A DNA stretch of 64,000 nt. Source: Candidatus Omnitrophota bacterium (GTDB lineage: Bacteria; Omnitrophota; Gorgyraeia; Aquiviventales; Aquiviventaceae). The position numbers and the translations under genes were made by a program. The DNA is taken from positions 14,234 to 78,233 of the forward strand of contig JACPAY010000008.1 of NCBI GenBank assembly GCA_016180575.1, given 5' to 3'. The notes below the pieces were generated by a model that was not told where the DNA came from, searched no databases, and saw nothing but the letters and a program-made list of their open reading frames with translations. This document shows positions 1 through 9,352 of the stretch, in pieces; positions within the stretch are counted from its first letter, which is position 1; each line of letters starts with the position of its first letter.

Positions 1-77
1 CGAAGCGGGACGGCTTCGTCCGGTTCCCCAAGTCCCGCGTCATCAGCATTGAGCCGGCCCCGGCGCGCAACGGGTGA
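1..77 (+). CDS. rpmA: 50S ribosomal protein L27, 3' fragment (5' end off-window)
   Basis: Frame from nt 3 reads KRDGFVRFPKSRVISIEPAPARNG then TGA at 75-77. This resembles the L27 C-terminus (E. coli ...[24 protein letters not shown]). It lies directly upstream of obg, the usual order. Confidence 0.75.
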   Translation, partial: KRDGFVRFPKSRVISIEPAPARNG

Positions 78-95
78 CGGCGATGGGCCGTGCTC

Positions 96-1103
96 ATGTG
101 GTTCGTCGACCACGCCCAGATCACCGTGCAGGCCGGAGACGGCGGGCGCGGGTGCTCCGCCTTCGCGCAACCCCCGTACACGCGCTTCCCGTATCCTGAC
201 GGCGGCGACGGCGGTGATGGCGGCGACGTCATCATGCTGGCCGACCCGCAGGCCGCCACCCTCCTGGATTTTCACTTCCGCCATGAGTTCCGGGCCGGCC
301 GCGGCGGCCACGGCGGCAGCAACAAGCGGGCGGGCAAGCGGGGGGAGCCCCGGCTGATCCGCGTGCCGGTCGGCACGGTCATCCGCGAGGCGGTCTCCGG
401 GAACGTCCTGCGGGACCTCGCCCAACCGCACGAGCGCGTCGTCATCACGAAGGGCGGGCGGGGCGGCCTCGGCAACGCGACCGCCACAGAAGCCGGTCCG
501 GGCGCGCCCGGGGAGACGCGGCAGCTCGTGCTGGAGCTGAAGCTCATCGCGGATGTGGGGCTCGTGGGCGCCCCCAACGCGGGAAAATCATCGCTCTTGG
601 CCCGCATCTCCACCGCCCGCCCGAAGATCGGGGCCTACCCGTTCACCACCCGCTACCCGGTGCTGGGCGTCGTCAATGTGGATCTGCCTGCCGCTGCGCG
701 GCAGCAGGCAGGCGGCCGTAGGACGTTCGTCGCCTGCGACATCCCCGGCCTCATTGAGGGCGCGCACGCCGGCAAGGGCCTCGGCATCCAGTTCCTGCGG
801 CACGTGGAGCGGACCCGGCTGCTCGTGCACCTGGTCGACGCGGCCGCGGTCGATGGCCGCGACCCGGTCGAATCACTGCGCCAGGTGAACCGCGAGCTGG
901 CCGAGTACGACCCGGAGCTGGCGCGCAAGCCGCAGCTCGTCGCGGCGAACAAGATGGATCTCCCGGCCGCCCAGGCGAACCTGGAGCGGCTGGCGAAGGA
1001 GGCGGGGCGGCCGGTGTGGCCGATCTCCTGCTCGACGGGGCAGGGCATCCCGGCCCTGCTCCAGGCCGTCTGGGACGCCCTCCACACAGGTCACGACGCA
1101 TGA
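96..1103 (+). CDS. obg: GTPase Obg/CgtA
   Basis: ORF 90..1103. Has the MWFVD start typical of Obg and a Gly-rich Obg fold (GDGGRGC, GGDGGDGG). G1 is GAPNAGKSS, G3 is DIPGLIEGA, G4 is NKMD. ATG at 96 is preferred over GTG at 90. Confidence 0.93.
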   Translation: MWFVDHAQITVQAGDGGRGCSAFAQPPYTRFPYPDGGDGGDGGDVIMLADPQAATLLDFHFRHEFRAGRGGHGGSNKRAGKRGEPRLIRVPVGTVIREAVSGNVLRDLAQPHERVVITKGGRGGLGNATATEAGPGAPGETRQLVLELKLIADVGLVGAPNAGKSSLLARISTARPKIGAYPFTTRYPVLGVVNVDLPAAARQQAGGRRTFVACDIPGLIEGAHAGKGLGIQFLRHVERTRLLVHLVDAAAVDGRDPVESLRQVNRELAEYDPELARKPQLVAANKMDLPAAQANLERLAKEAGRPVWPISCSTGQGIPALLQAVWDALHTGHDA

Positions 1104-2215
1104 GCGAGCACGAACCCACCGTCCAGCGCTTCATCGTGAAGGTCGGCAGCAGCGTGCTGACGGATGCGCGCGGCCGGCTGCTGCCGGAGCGCATCGACGA
1201 GCTGGCCCGGCAGCTTGCGGCGTGCGCCGCGGGGCGCCGACAGCCGATCGTCGTCTCCTCCGGCGCGATCGCCTGCGGGATGAGCTCGCTGGGCCTCGCC
1301 GTCCGTCCCAAGCCGCTGGCGCAGCTGCAGGCGTGCGCCGCCATCGGCCAGGGCGAGCTCATGCGCCTCTACACGCAGGCCTTCGCGGCGCGCGGGGTGC
1401 TCACGGCGCAGGTGCTGCTGACCCAGGAGGACCTGGCGGACCGCGCGCGGTTCCGCAACGCCAAGCAGACGCTGCTCGCGCTCCTCCATCGGCGGGTGGT
1501 CCCCATCGTGAACGAGAACGACACGGTGGCGGTGGAGGAGATCACCTTCGGCGACAACGACCGGCTGGCGGCGCTGGTCGCCGTCGCGGTGGACGCCGAG
1601 CTGCTGGTGGTGCTCACCGACGTGGACGGCGTCCTGCAGAGTGGCAGGCCGCTGGAACGGCTGGACCTGCGGGCCCCGGCGGCGGCCCTCGACCACGGCG
1701 GGCGGCGGCAGACGACGAAGGGCGGCATCGCCTCCAAGCTCGAAGCGGCCCGCATCGCCGGCCACAGTGGGATCCCCGTGGTCATCGCCAACGGCACCCG
1801 CGCCGGCGTCCTCGCGGACATCCTGGCGGGCCGAGCCGTCGGCACGCTGTGCGTGCCGCCCCGCGCCCGCCTGGCCTCGCGGAAGTGGTGGATCGCTTTC
1901 TCGCTGCGCCGGCCCAAGGGGACGGTGGTGGTGGACGCGGGCGCCGCGGAGGCGGTGCTGGAGAAGGGGAAGAGCCTGCTCGCCTCCGGCGTGCAGGACG
2001 TGCAGGGCGAGTTCGCGGCGGGCGCGTTCGTGACGCTGACGGACGGCGCGGGACATGAGCTGGCGCGCGGCGTGTGCAATTTCTCCTCTTCGGAGCTTGC
2101 GCGCGTGCGCGGCATGAAGAGCGCCGAGATCGCCCGGCTCCTTGGCCGCGCGCGCGTCCCTGAGGTCATCCATCGGGATGATCTGGTGCTGGCGCGCGAC
2201 CTCCATCAGCCATGA
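1100..2215 (+). CDS. proB: Glutamate 5-kinase (with C-terminal PUA domain)
   Basis: ORF 1016..2215. The internal start MSEHEPTVQRFIVKVGSSVLT at 1100 forms an ATGA overlap with the obg stop. Amino-acid kinase motifs are present and a PUA-like tail; proA follows. Confidence 0.92.
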   Translation: MSEHEPTVQRFIVKVGSSVLTDARGRLLPERIDELARQLAACAAGRRQPIVVSSGAIACGMSSLGLAVRPKPLAQLQACAAIGQGELMRLYTQAFAARGVLTAQVLLTQEDLADRARFRNAKQTLLALLHRRVVPIVNENDTVAVEEITFGDNDRLAALVAVAVDAELLVVLTDVDGVLQSGRPLERLDLRAPAAALDHGGRRQTTKGGIASKLEAARIAGHSGIPVVIANGTRAGVLADILAGRAVGTLCVPPRARLASRKWWIAFSLRRPKGTVVVDAGAAEAVLEKGKSLLASGVQDVQGEFAAGAFVTLTDGAGHELARGVCNFSSSELARVRGMKSAEIARLLGRARVPEVIHRDDLVLARDLHQP

Positions 2216-3468
2216 CGCTGCGCGACTCGATCATCCAGGTCGCGCAAGAGGCCCGCGCCGCGTCCCGCCTCCTGTCCACGGCCCCGACCGAGGCGAAGAA
2301 CCGGGCGCTGCGCGCCATGGCGGATGGGCTCCGGGCCGGCCGCGACGCGCTCCTGGCCGCCAATGCGGAGGATGTGCGGCAGGCCAAGGCGGCTGGCCTG
2401 CCGGGGGCGCTGATCGAGCGGCTGTCGCTCACCCCGAAGCGGGTGGACGAGATGGTCCAGTCGGCGGCCGCCGTGGCGGGGCTGCCCGACCCGGTCGGCG
2501 AGGTCATCCGGGCCTGGCGGCGCCCCAACGGCCTCCAGATCCGCAAGGTGCGCGTCCCGCTCGGGGTCATCGGCATCATCTACGAGTCCCGCCCCAACGT
2601 GACGAGCGAGTGCGGCTCGCTGTGCGTGAAGAGCGGCAACGCGGTCATCCTGCGGGGCGGGGCGGAATCGTTCCGCTCCAACCAGGCGATCGGGCGCATC
2701 CTGCGGGAGGCGCTGCGGGCCGCGGGCCTGCCGGAGGCGGCGGTGAGCCTCATCCCGACCCCGGACCGCGCCGGCGTGGACGCGATGCTGCAGCTGGACC
2801 AGCTCATCGACGTCATCATCCCCCGGGGCGGGGAAGCGCTCATCCGGAAGATCGCCGAGCAGTCCCGGATCCCCGTCATCAAGCACGCGAAGGGGGTCTG
2901 CCACGTCTACGTGGACGAGGCGGCGGACCTCGGGATGGCGGAGGCCATCGCGCTCAACGCGAAGTGCCAGCGGCCCGCCACCTGCAACGCGATGGAGACG
3001 CTGCTGGTGCACGAGCGCGTGGCGAAGGCCTTCCTGCCGCGCATCGCCGGCCGGCTGCGGGAGGCGAAGGTCGAGCTCCGCGGGGATGAGGCCGCGCGCG
3101 CGATCGTGCCGGGCATGGCGGCGGCGACGGAGGAGGACTGGTCCACCGAGTACCTGGACCTCATCCTCTCGGTGAAGGTGGTGCGCTCGCTCGCCGAGGC
3201 GGTCGAGCACATCCGCCGCTACGGGTCGAATCATTCCGACGCCATCGTGACGGCCGACGAGGCCGCCGCCCGGCGGTTCACGCAGGAGGTGGACTCGGCC
3301 GCGGTGTACGTCAACACCTCCACCCGGTTCACGGACGGCTTCCAGTTCGGCCTCGGCGCCGAGATCGGGATCAGCACCGACCGGCTGCACGCGCGGGGTC
3401 CCATGGGCCTTGAGGAGCTCACCACGTACAAGTATGTCGTCTTCGGCTCCGGGCAGCTGCGCGAATGA
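2212..3468 (+). CDS. proA: Gamma-glutamyl phosphate reductase
   Basis: ORF 2212..3468, 418 aa. Aldehyde dehydrogenase-type ProA sequence (NAVILRGG, catalytic Cys context CNAMETLLVH). ATGA overlap with proB. Confidence 0.94.
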   Translation: MTLRDSIIQVAQEARAASRLLSTAPTEAKNRALRAMADGLRAGRDALLAANAEDVRQAKAAGLPGALIERLSLTPKRVDEMVQSAAAVAGLPDPVGEVIRAWRRPNGLQIRKVRVPLGVIGIIYESRPNVTSECGSLCVKSGNAVILRGGAESFRSNQAIGRILREALRAAGLPEAAVSLIPTPDRAGVDAMLQLDQLIDVIIPRGGEALIRKIAEQSRIPVIKHAKGVCHVYVDEAADLGMAEAIALNAKCQRPATCNAMETLLVHERVAKAFLPRIAGRLREAKVELRGDEAARAIVPGMAAATEEDWSTEYLDLILSVKVVRSLAEAVEHIRRYGSNHSDAIVTADEAAARRFTQEVDSAAVYVNTSTRFTDGFQFGLGAEIGISTDRLHARGPMGLEELTTYKYVVFGSGQLRE

Positions 3469-4052
3469 GCGCGGCCCCGCTGGCGCGGATCGGGATCTTC
3501 GGCGGGACGTTCAACCCGATTCATCTCGGCCACCTCCTGCTGGCGGAGACCGCGCGCGAGCGGCTTGCGCTGGACCGTGTCCTGTTCATCCCGACGCGCC
3601 TGCCGCCGCACAAGCGCGTCCGCGGGCTCCTGCCCGGTCCGGCGCGGCTCCAGCTGATTGAGCTGGCCATCCGAGACCATCCGGCGTTCGTGGCCTCCGA
3701 TATCGAGTTGCAGCGGCCGGGCCCCTCGTACTCGATCGACACGGTCCGGCTCCTGCGGCAGCGGCTCCCGGGTGCTGCGCTCTTCCTCCTCCTCGGGGAA
3801 GACATGCTGGCGGCCCGCTGGGTCGCGTGGGGGGAGCTTTCGCGGCTGTGCACGGTCGTCGCCGCCCACCGTCCGGGCGCGCCGCATCCGGCGCCGGTCC
3901 GCGGGATCAGGTGGCTTGCGATGCCGCAGGTCGACATCGCCTCAACGGACATCCGGAAGCGCCTCGCCGCCGGCCGCTCCATCCGCTACCTCGTGCCGCC
4001 GCTCGTTGAACGGCACATCCTCCAGCACCGCCTCTACATGGCCGCGTCATGA
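3465..4052 (+). CDS. nadD: Nicotinate-nucleotide adenylyltransferase
   Basis: ORF 3465..4052. Has the GIFGGTFNPIHLGH nucleotidyltransferase motif and an ISSTxIR-like IASTDIRKR. Confidence 0.92.
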   Translation: MSAAPLARIGIFGGTFNPIHLGHLLLAETARERLALDRVLFIPTRLPPHKRVRGLLPGPARLQLIELAIRDHPAFVASDIELQRPGPSYSIDTVRLLRQRLPGAALFLLLGEDMLAARWVAWGELSRLCTVVAAHRPGAPHPAPVRGIRWLAMPQVDIASTDIRKRLAAGRSIRYLVPPLVERHILQHRLYMAAS

Positions 4053-5050
4053 TCACGCTGCCGGTTTTCATCCTGCTCGGGGTGCTCCTGGCGATCTCCG
4101 CGCTCACCTCAGCCTCTGAGGCGGCGATCCTGTCCATCAACAAGGTCCGGCTGCGACACCTCATGGAGGAGGGGGACCGGAACGCCCGGCTGACGTTCGA
4201 GCTGCTCACCCGCCTCGACCGGGTGATCGGCACGCTGCTCGTTGCGAACAACCTGGTCAGCGTCGCCATTGCGGCGATCGCGTCCTGGATCTTCGTCTCC
4301 TACTTCGGTTCGGAAACCGGGCTGGCGATCGCCACGGGGGTCGTGACCGCGGTCCTGCTCCTCGTGGGCGAGGTGACGCCAAAGACATTCGCGGCGACGC
4401 ACCCCGAAACGGTGATGTTCGTCATGGTCCATCCCCTGCGGCTCCTGATGTCGGCCCTCGCCCCGGTCGCCGCGTTCTTCGCCTGGGCCGCCCGGTGGCT
4501 GCTGCGGCTCCTGCGCATCCCGACGAGGCGGCGCTTGCCCCTGGTCACGGAAGAGGAGATCAAGGTGATGATCCAGATGGGGCGCGAGGCCGGGGTGCTG
4601 GCCGAGGAGGAGCTGCGGCTGCTCCACCGGATCTTCGAGTTCAGCGACTCGCTGGTGCGCGAGGTCATGGTGCCCCGAAGCCAGATCGTGGGCATGGACC
4701 TCGACGCGAAGTCAGAGGAGGCGCTCGACGTGCTCATCGAAGAGGGGCACGCGAGGGTGCCGGTGTACCGCGGGACGCTGGACCAGATCGTCGGCGTCAT
4801 CTATGCCCGGGACCTCCTGGCCATGGTCCGCCACGGGGGGCTCTTCGTGCTGCAGGACCTGATCCGCCCCGTGGCGTTCGTGTCGGAGACCAAGCGCGTC
4901 GCAGAGCTGCTGAGCGAGTTCCAGCGGGACAAGGTGCAGATCGCCATCGTGCGGGACGCCAAGGGCGCCACCGCGGGCCTCGTCACCATCGAGGACCTGC
5001 TCGAGGAGATCGTCGGGGAGATCCGCGAAGAGGCGCCGCCCCGCCGCTGA
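4049..5050 (+). CDS. CNNM/DUF21 transmembrane domain plus CBS-pair protein (hemolysin/CorC-like, no CorC_HlyC tail)
   Basis: ORF 4049..5050. Four N-terminal hydrophobic helices are followed by two CBS-like repeats (VREVMVPRSQIV..., IVGVIYARDLL..., GLVTIEDLLEEIVGEI). Confidence 0.8.
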   Translation: MITLPVFILLGVLLAISALTSASEAAILSINKVRLRHLMEEGDRNARLTFELLTRLDRVIGTLLVANNLVSVAIAAIASWIFVSYFGSETGLAIATGVVTAVLLLVGEVTPKTFAATHPETVMFVMVHPLRLLMSALAPVAAFFAWAARWLLRLLRIPTRRRLPLVTEEEIKVMIQMGREAGVLAEEELRLLHRIFEFSDSLVREVMVPRSQIVGMDLDAKSEEALDVLIEEGHARVPVYRGTLDQIVGVIYARDLLAMVRHGGLFVLQDLIRPVAFVSETKRVAELLSEFQRDKVQIAIVRDAKGATAGLVTIEDLLEEIVGEIREEAPPRR

Positions 5051-5054
5051 TCGC

Positions 5055-5084
5055 TTGACAGTTGCGGGGAGGTCATGCTAGGCT
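5055..5084 (+). promoter_or_regulatory. Putative sigma70-type promoter (TTGACA, 18-nt spacer, TGcTAGGCT extended -10)
   Basis: TTGACA at 5055-5060 and TG-n-TAGGCT at 5076-5084, in the 86-nt gap before the small Zn-ribbon gene. Confidence 0.4.
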
Positions 5085-5136
5085 GTGCCGTGCTCGCCGC
5101 AGGGAAACCGGGATTGCAACCCAACAAGGAGGGTCG

Positions 5137-5277
5137 ATGGAGGCCTACTGTGTCAAGTGCAAGGCGAAGCGTGAGATGAAAGACGCCAAGCAGGTCAAGA
5201 TGAAGAACGGCCGCTCCGCCATGAAAGGGAAGTGTCCCACCTGCGGGACAGGGTTGTACCGCATCATGGGGTCGTGA
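5137..5277 (+). CDS. Small zinc-ribbon protein (DUF5679-like, CxxC...CxxC)
   Basis: MEAYCVKCKAKREMKDAKQVKMKNGRSAMKGKCPTCGTGLYRIMGS, preceded by AAGGAGGG 5 nt upstream. This is the in-frame internal start of ORF 5062..5277. Confidence 0.75.
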   Translation: MEAYCVKCKAKREMKDAKQVKMKNGRSAMKGKCPTCGTGLYRIMGS

Positions 5278-5717
5278 GCGGCGCGCGCGGCTCGTCCGGG
5301 TCGGAGATCGACAGCCACGCGAAGGCGCTGCTGGCGGCGCGGGCCGCGCAGGCGAAGCAGGCTGAGGATGTCGTCATCATGGATCTCCGGACCCTCTCGA
5401 CCCTCACCGATTTCTTCATCCTCTGCACCGCGGGGAGCGAGCGGCAGCTTGACGCGCTGAAGGACCACATTGAAGGCGAGCTGGCGCGGGAAGGGTGCGC
5501 GGTGCGGCACGTCGAGGGCGCAGCATCCCCCGGCGGGCCTGCCCGCGCGCCGCGCGCAGGCGGGCCTCCCCGGGCGTCCGAGCGCGACCTCCGGTGGGTC
5601 TTGATGGACTGCGGCGACATCGTCGTGCATCTGCTGGACCAGCCGACCCGCGACTTCTACCGGCTGGAGGATCTCTGGGCGGACGCCCCGCGGCTTCCGC
5701 TCCCCCAGGCGCGGTGA
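5274..5717 (+). CDS. rsfS: Ribosomal silencing factor RsfS (iojap family)
   Basis: ORF 5232..5717. Carries DVVIMDLR..LTDFFILCTAGSERQLDAL and WVLMDCGDIVVHLL..R.FYRLEDLW. GTG at 5274 makes a GTGA overlap with the upstream stop. Contains a Pro/Ala/Arg-rich insertion. Confidence 0.85.
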   Translation: MSGARGSSGSEIDSHAKALLAARAAQAKQAEDVVIMDLRTLSTLTDFFILCTAGSERQLDALKDHIEGELAREGCAVRHVEGAASPGGPARAPRAGGPPRASERDLRWVLMDCGDIVVHLLDQPTRDFYRLEDLWADAPRLPLPQAR

Positions 5718-5718
5718 C

Positions 5719-5746
5719 GGCGTCCCTCGACTCCGCTCGGGACGCC
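5719..5746 (+). repeat. Hairpin GGCGTCCC-N12-GGGACGCC just after the rsfS stop
   Basis: 8-bp perfect inverted repeat. Its core CGTCCCTCGACTC...CTCGGGACG recurs inside the cupin gene at 20460-20491. Confidence 0.6.
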
Positions 5747-5791
5747 GGCGCTGCGCAGCCTGTTCCGCTCCAGCCTGGTCGTCCTCCCGGA

Positions 5792-7429
5792 ATGACAGCG
5801 ATAGAAGAGACGCTCCATCGGCTCCTCCGGGACGCCGTGTCCGGTGACGCGGTGTCCGACGGCTTCCTCCGCTGGGAGATCCCCAAGGACCCCTCGTTCG
5901 GCGACCTCTCCAACGCCGTCCCCTTCAAGCTGGCGGCCGGCCGGCGGCAGCCGCCCCAGCGGATCGCCGAGGACCTGGCGGCGGCGTTCCTCGCCCGCTG
6001 CCGCGAGACGGACGCAGGCGGCTGGATCGAGCGGGTCGAGGCGAAGGCGGGCTTCCTCAACATCTTCCTCTCGCAGCGGGCGCTCGCCCAGGTCCTGCGG
6101 GAGATCCTCCGCCAGCGCCGCCGCTACGGGACGCGCCGGCCACGAGCGCGCGAGGCGGTCAACATCGAGTTCGTGAGCGCCAACCCGACCGGCCCCCTGA
6201 GCGTCGCCCACGGCCGCCAGGCCGCGGTCGGCGACGTCCTTTCTCGGCTGCTGCGCTCCCAGGGCTGCCGCGTCACCACCGAGTTTTACCTGAACGACGA
6301 GGGCCGCCAGATTGAGCTGCTCGGCCGGTCGCTGCGCGCCCGGTACCTGCAGCAGCTGGGGCGGGACGAGCCGTTTCCTGAGGACGGCTACCACGGGCGC
6401 TATGTGGCGGAGAGCGGTGAGCGGCTGCGCGCGCGCCATGGCGGCCGCCTGGCGGACCGGCCGCTTGAGTATTTCATGCGGGCCGGCATGCGGGAGCAAT
6501 TGGGCGAGATCAAGCGGGTGCTCAGGACGTTCGGCCTTGAGTTTGACCGATGGACCAGCCAGCGGAAGCTGCGGACCTCCGGCCGGATCGACCGCGCCCT
6601 GCGCCTGCTGCGCGAGCAGGGCGCGCTGTACGAGGCGGAGGACGCGCTGTGGTTTGCCTCGACGAAGTACGGCGACGACAAGGACCGCGTCGTGCGCAAG
6701 CGCGACGGGGAGCTGACGTACCTGGCGCCCGACATCGCCTACCATTGGGGGAAGTTCGGGCGCGGCTACGACCGGCTGGTGAACCTGTGGGGCCCGGACC
6801 ATCACGGCTATATCGGGCGGGTCAAGGCCGCCCTCACCGCGCTGGGGCTGCCGGCGGAGCGCCTTGTGGTGCGCATCGTCCAGCTCGTCACGCTCTCCCG
6901 CAAGGGTGTTGCCGTGCCCATGTCGAAGCGCCAGGGGGAGTTCGTGACGTTCCGCGAGGTGCTGGACGAGGTGGGGGTGGATGCGACGCGCTTCTTCTAC
7001 CTCATGCGGACGATGGAGAGCCATCTGGATTTCGACCTGGAGCTGGCCAAGGCCCAGTCGCAGGAGAATCCGGTCTACTACGTCCAGTACGCCCATGCGC
7101 GGATCTGCAGCATCCTCGCAAAAAGTGCCAGGCGCTTCCGGCGGCCGGACCTGCGCCTGCTCGAGGCGCCGGAGGAGCGGCTGCTCCTGCGCGGCCTCTT
7201 CCAGTACCCGATCGTGCTCCGCCTCTGCGCGGGGTCGCTTGAGCCGCACGGGCTGACCGCCTACCTCCGGAAGCTGGCCGAGACCTTCCACGTGTTCTAC
7301 ACCAAGCACCGCGTCATCAGCGACGACCGGGAGCGCTCCGCCGCGCGCCTCGCGCTCGTGCGGGCGACGCGGCAGGTCTTCGAGAACGGCCTCGGGATCC
7401 TCGGCGTGAGCGCGCCCCGCCGCATGTGA
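5792..7429 (+). CDS. argS: Arginine--tRNA ligase
   Basis: ORF 5495..7429; ATG at 5792 (MTAIEETLHRLL) is chosen. Class I motifs are SANPTGPLSVAHGR (HIGH-like) and a C-terminal DALR anticodon-binding region. Confidence 0.92.
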   Translation: MTAIEETLHRLLRDAVSGDAVSDGFLRWEIPKDPSFGDLSNAVPFKLAAGRRQPPQRIAEDLAAAFLARCRETDAGGWIERVEAKAGFLNIFLSQRALAQVLREILRQRRRYGTRRPRAREAVNIEFVSANPTGPLSVAHGRQAAVGDVLSRLLRSQGCRVTTEFYLNDEGRQIELLGRSLRARYLQQLGRDEPFPEDGYHGRYVAESGERLRARHGGRLADRPLEYFMRAGMREQLGEIKRVLRTFGLEFDRWTSQRKLRTSGRIDRALRLLREQGALYEAEDALWFASTKYGDDKDRVVRKRDGELTYLAPDIAYHWGKFGRGYDRLVNLWGPDHHGYIGRVKAALTALGLPAERLVVRIVQLVTLSRKGVAVPMSKRQGEFVTFREVLDEVGVDATRFFYLMRTMESHLDFDLELAKAQSQENPVYYVQYAHARICSILAKSARRFRRPDLRLLEAPEERLLLRGLFQYPIVLRLCAGSLEPHGLTAYLRKLAETFHVFYTKHRVISDDRERSAARLALVRATRQVFENGLGILGVSAPRRM

Positions 7430-7432
7430 GCC

Positions 7433-9352
7433 ATGCTCGAATACGCCCGGCTCTCCGTCAATCAGCGCCTGCCGCTTGACCGCTTCCTCGGACAGCTGAG
7501 CCAGTTCGGCTACCGCCGCGTGGACCAGGTGGCCGATCCGGGCGAGTTCGCGCTGCGCGGGGGCGTGCTCGACCTCTTCCCGGCCACGTTTGAAGCCCCC
7601 CTCCGGATCGAGCTGGACGGCTCGCGCGTCAATTCGATCCGCAGCTTCAATCCCCAGACGCTGGAGACCCTGGACCGCCACACGCTCGTGGTCATCCTGC
7701 CGCGCCCGGTCCACGCCCGGGTGTCCGTGGAGGTGCCGTTCGAATCGTTCGTCGACCTCCAGGAGGGGGATTACGCCGTGCACCTCGAGCACGGCATCGG
7801 CCGCTACCTCGGTCGCACGACGCTCGCCGGCCGCCAGGGCCAGCAGGAGGCGCTGCTGCTCGAGTACGCCGGGGGCGACCGGCTCTACGTGCCGATGGAC
7901 CAGGTCCACCTCGTCCAGAAGTACGTGGCCTTCGGCGCGCGCTCGCCCGCGCTCCACACCCTCGGCGGCGCCGCGTGGCAGCGGGCGAAGGCCAGGGCCT
8001 ACGTCGGCGCGTGGACCTACGCGAAGACGCTGCTGGACCTGCAGGCCAGGCGCCTCGCCCTCCCCGGCTATGCCTTTGCCGCCGACCACGAGTGGCAGGC
8101 GGCGTTCGAGGCCGCGTTCCCCTACCGGGAAACGCCCGACCAGATGAGCGCCGCCGCCGACGTGAAGCGGGACATGGAGCGCCCGCGGCCGATGGACCGC
8201 GTCCTCCTGGGGGACGTCGGGTACGGGAAGACCGAGGTGGCCATGCGGGCCGCGTTCAAGGCGGTGATGGACCACAAGCAGGTGGCGGTCCTGGTCCCCA
8301 CAACGATCCTCGCCTACCAGCACCACCGGACGTTCACGAAGCGGCTGCAGGGCTTCCCCGTGCAGGTGGAGATGCTCAGCCGGTTCCAGTCGGACACAGC
8401 ACAGCGCCGGACGCTCGAGGCGCTCTCCCGCGGCGGCTGCGACATCGTCATCGGCACCCACCGGCTGCTCTCCGGCGACGTCCGGTTCAAGGACCTCGGG
8501 CTGCTCATCGTGGATGAGGAGCAGCGCTTCGGCGTGCAGGACAAAGAGCGGCTGAAGCAGTGGCGCACGCAGATGGATGTCCTGACCCTCTCGGCCACCC
8601 CCATCCCCCGGACGCTCTACCTGGCGCTGGTCGGCGCCCGGGACCTCTCGCTGATCGCCACGCCGCCGGAGAACCGGCATCCGATCGACACCCACATCGT
8701 CGAGGAGGATGACGGTTCGCTGCGCCGCTGGCTCCTGAAGGAGCTGGAGCGCGGCGGGCAGGCGTACCTTGTGCACAACCGCGTGCACGACATCCACCGG
8801 GTGGCCCGCCGGGTGGCCGACCTGGTCCCCGAGGCCCGCGTGGGGACCGCCCACGGCCAGATGGCTGAGGGGGAGCTCGAGCAGGTGATGGTGGCCTTCA
8901 TCGAGGGGACGATCGACGTGCTGGTGACGACGACCATCATCGAATCCGGCATCGACATCCCCAACGCGAATACCCTCATCGTGCGGGACGCGGACAGCTT
9001 CGGCCTCGCCGACCTCTACCAGCTGCGGGGCCGCGTCGGCCGCTTCGACCGCCGGGCCTACGCCTACCTCGTGGTGGCGAAGCCCGCGGCGCTGACGGCG
9101 GAGGCCCGGACGCGCCTCACCGCCATGACGGAGCACACGGCGCTGGGGTCCGGCTTCAAGATCGCGATGGAAGACCTGAAGCTCCGCGGGGCGGGGAACC
9201 TGCTGGGCGTCGAGCAGTCGGGCCATGTCACTGCGGTCGGGTTCGACCTCTACTGCCGGCTGCTGCGCGAGGCGGTCAGCCGGATCCGGGATGAGGGCTC
9301 ATCAGGCGATCTGCCGCCGCAGACCACCCTCGCGATGGCGGAGCAGCGATGA
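7433..9352 (+). CDS. mfd: Transcription-repair coupling factor, short form (639 aa)
   Basis: ORF 7433..9352. Has a UvrB-like segment (GEFALRGGVLDLFP), a CarD/TRCF RNAP-interaction segment (DYAVHLEHGIGRY...GGDRLYVPMDQVHLVQKY) and an SF2 translocase (GDVGYGKTEVA, VDEEQRFG, QLRGRVGR). No room exists for the N-terminal and C-terminal domains of canonical ~1150-aa Mfd. Confidence 0.88.
   Translation: MLEYARLSVNQRLPLDRFLGQLSQFGYRRVDQVADPGEFALRGGVLDLFPATFEAPLRIELDGSRVNSIRSFNPQTLETLDRHTLVVILPRPVHARVSVEVPFESFVDLQEGDYAVHLEHGIGRYLGRTTLAGRQGQQEALLLEYAGGDRLYVPMDQVHLVQKYVAFGARSPALHTLGGAAWQRAKARAYVGAWTYAKTLLDLQARRLALPGYAFAADHEWQAAFEAAFPYRETPDQMSAAADVKRDMERPRPMDRVLLGDVGYGKTEVAMRAAFKAVMDHKQVAVLVPTTILAYQHHRTFTKRLQGFPVQVEMLSRFQSDTAQRRTLEALSRGGCDIVIGTHRLLSGDVRFKDLGLLIVDEEQRFGVQDKERLKQWRTQMDVLTLSATPIPRTLYLALVGARDLSLIATPPENRHPIDTHIVEEDDGSLRRWLLKELERGGQAYLVHNRVHDIHRVARRVADLVPEARVGTAHGQMAEGELEQVMVAFIEGTIDVLVTTTIIESGIDIPNANTLIVRDADSFGLADLYQLRGRVGRFDRRAYAYLVVAKPAALTAEARTRLTAMTEHTALGSGFKIAMEDLKLRGAGNLLGVEQSGHVTAVGFDLYCRLLREAVSRIRDEGSSGDLPPQTTLAMAEQR

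Noticed and set aside
5657-9226. Very long minus-strand ORF (1189 aa). Many other minus-strand ORFs of 200-850 aa also occur, e.g. 21724..23757, 24770..27322, 49795..51618 and 57201..58808.
   Set aside because: Their translations are Arg/Pro/Gly/Ala/His-rich low-complexity strings with no recognisable motifs. Each lies antisense to a + strand gene with clear family signatures. These are typical stop-codon-poor shadow frames of GC-rich DNA.
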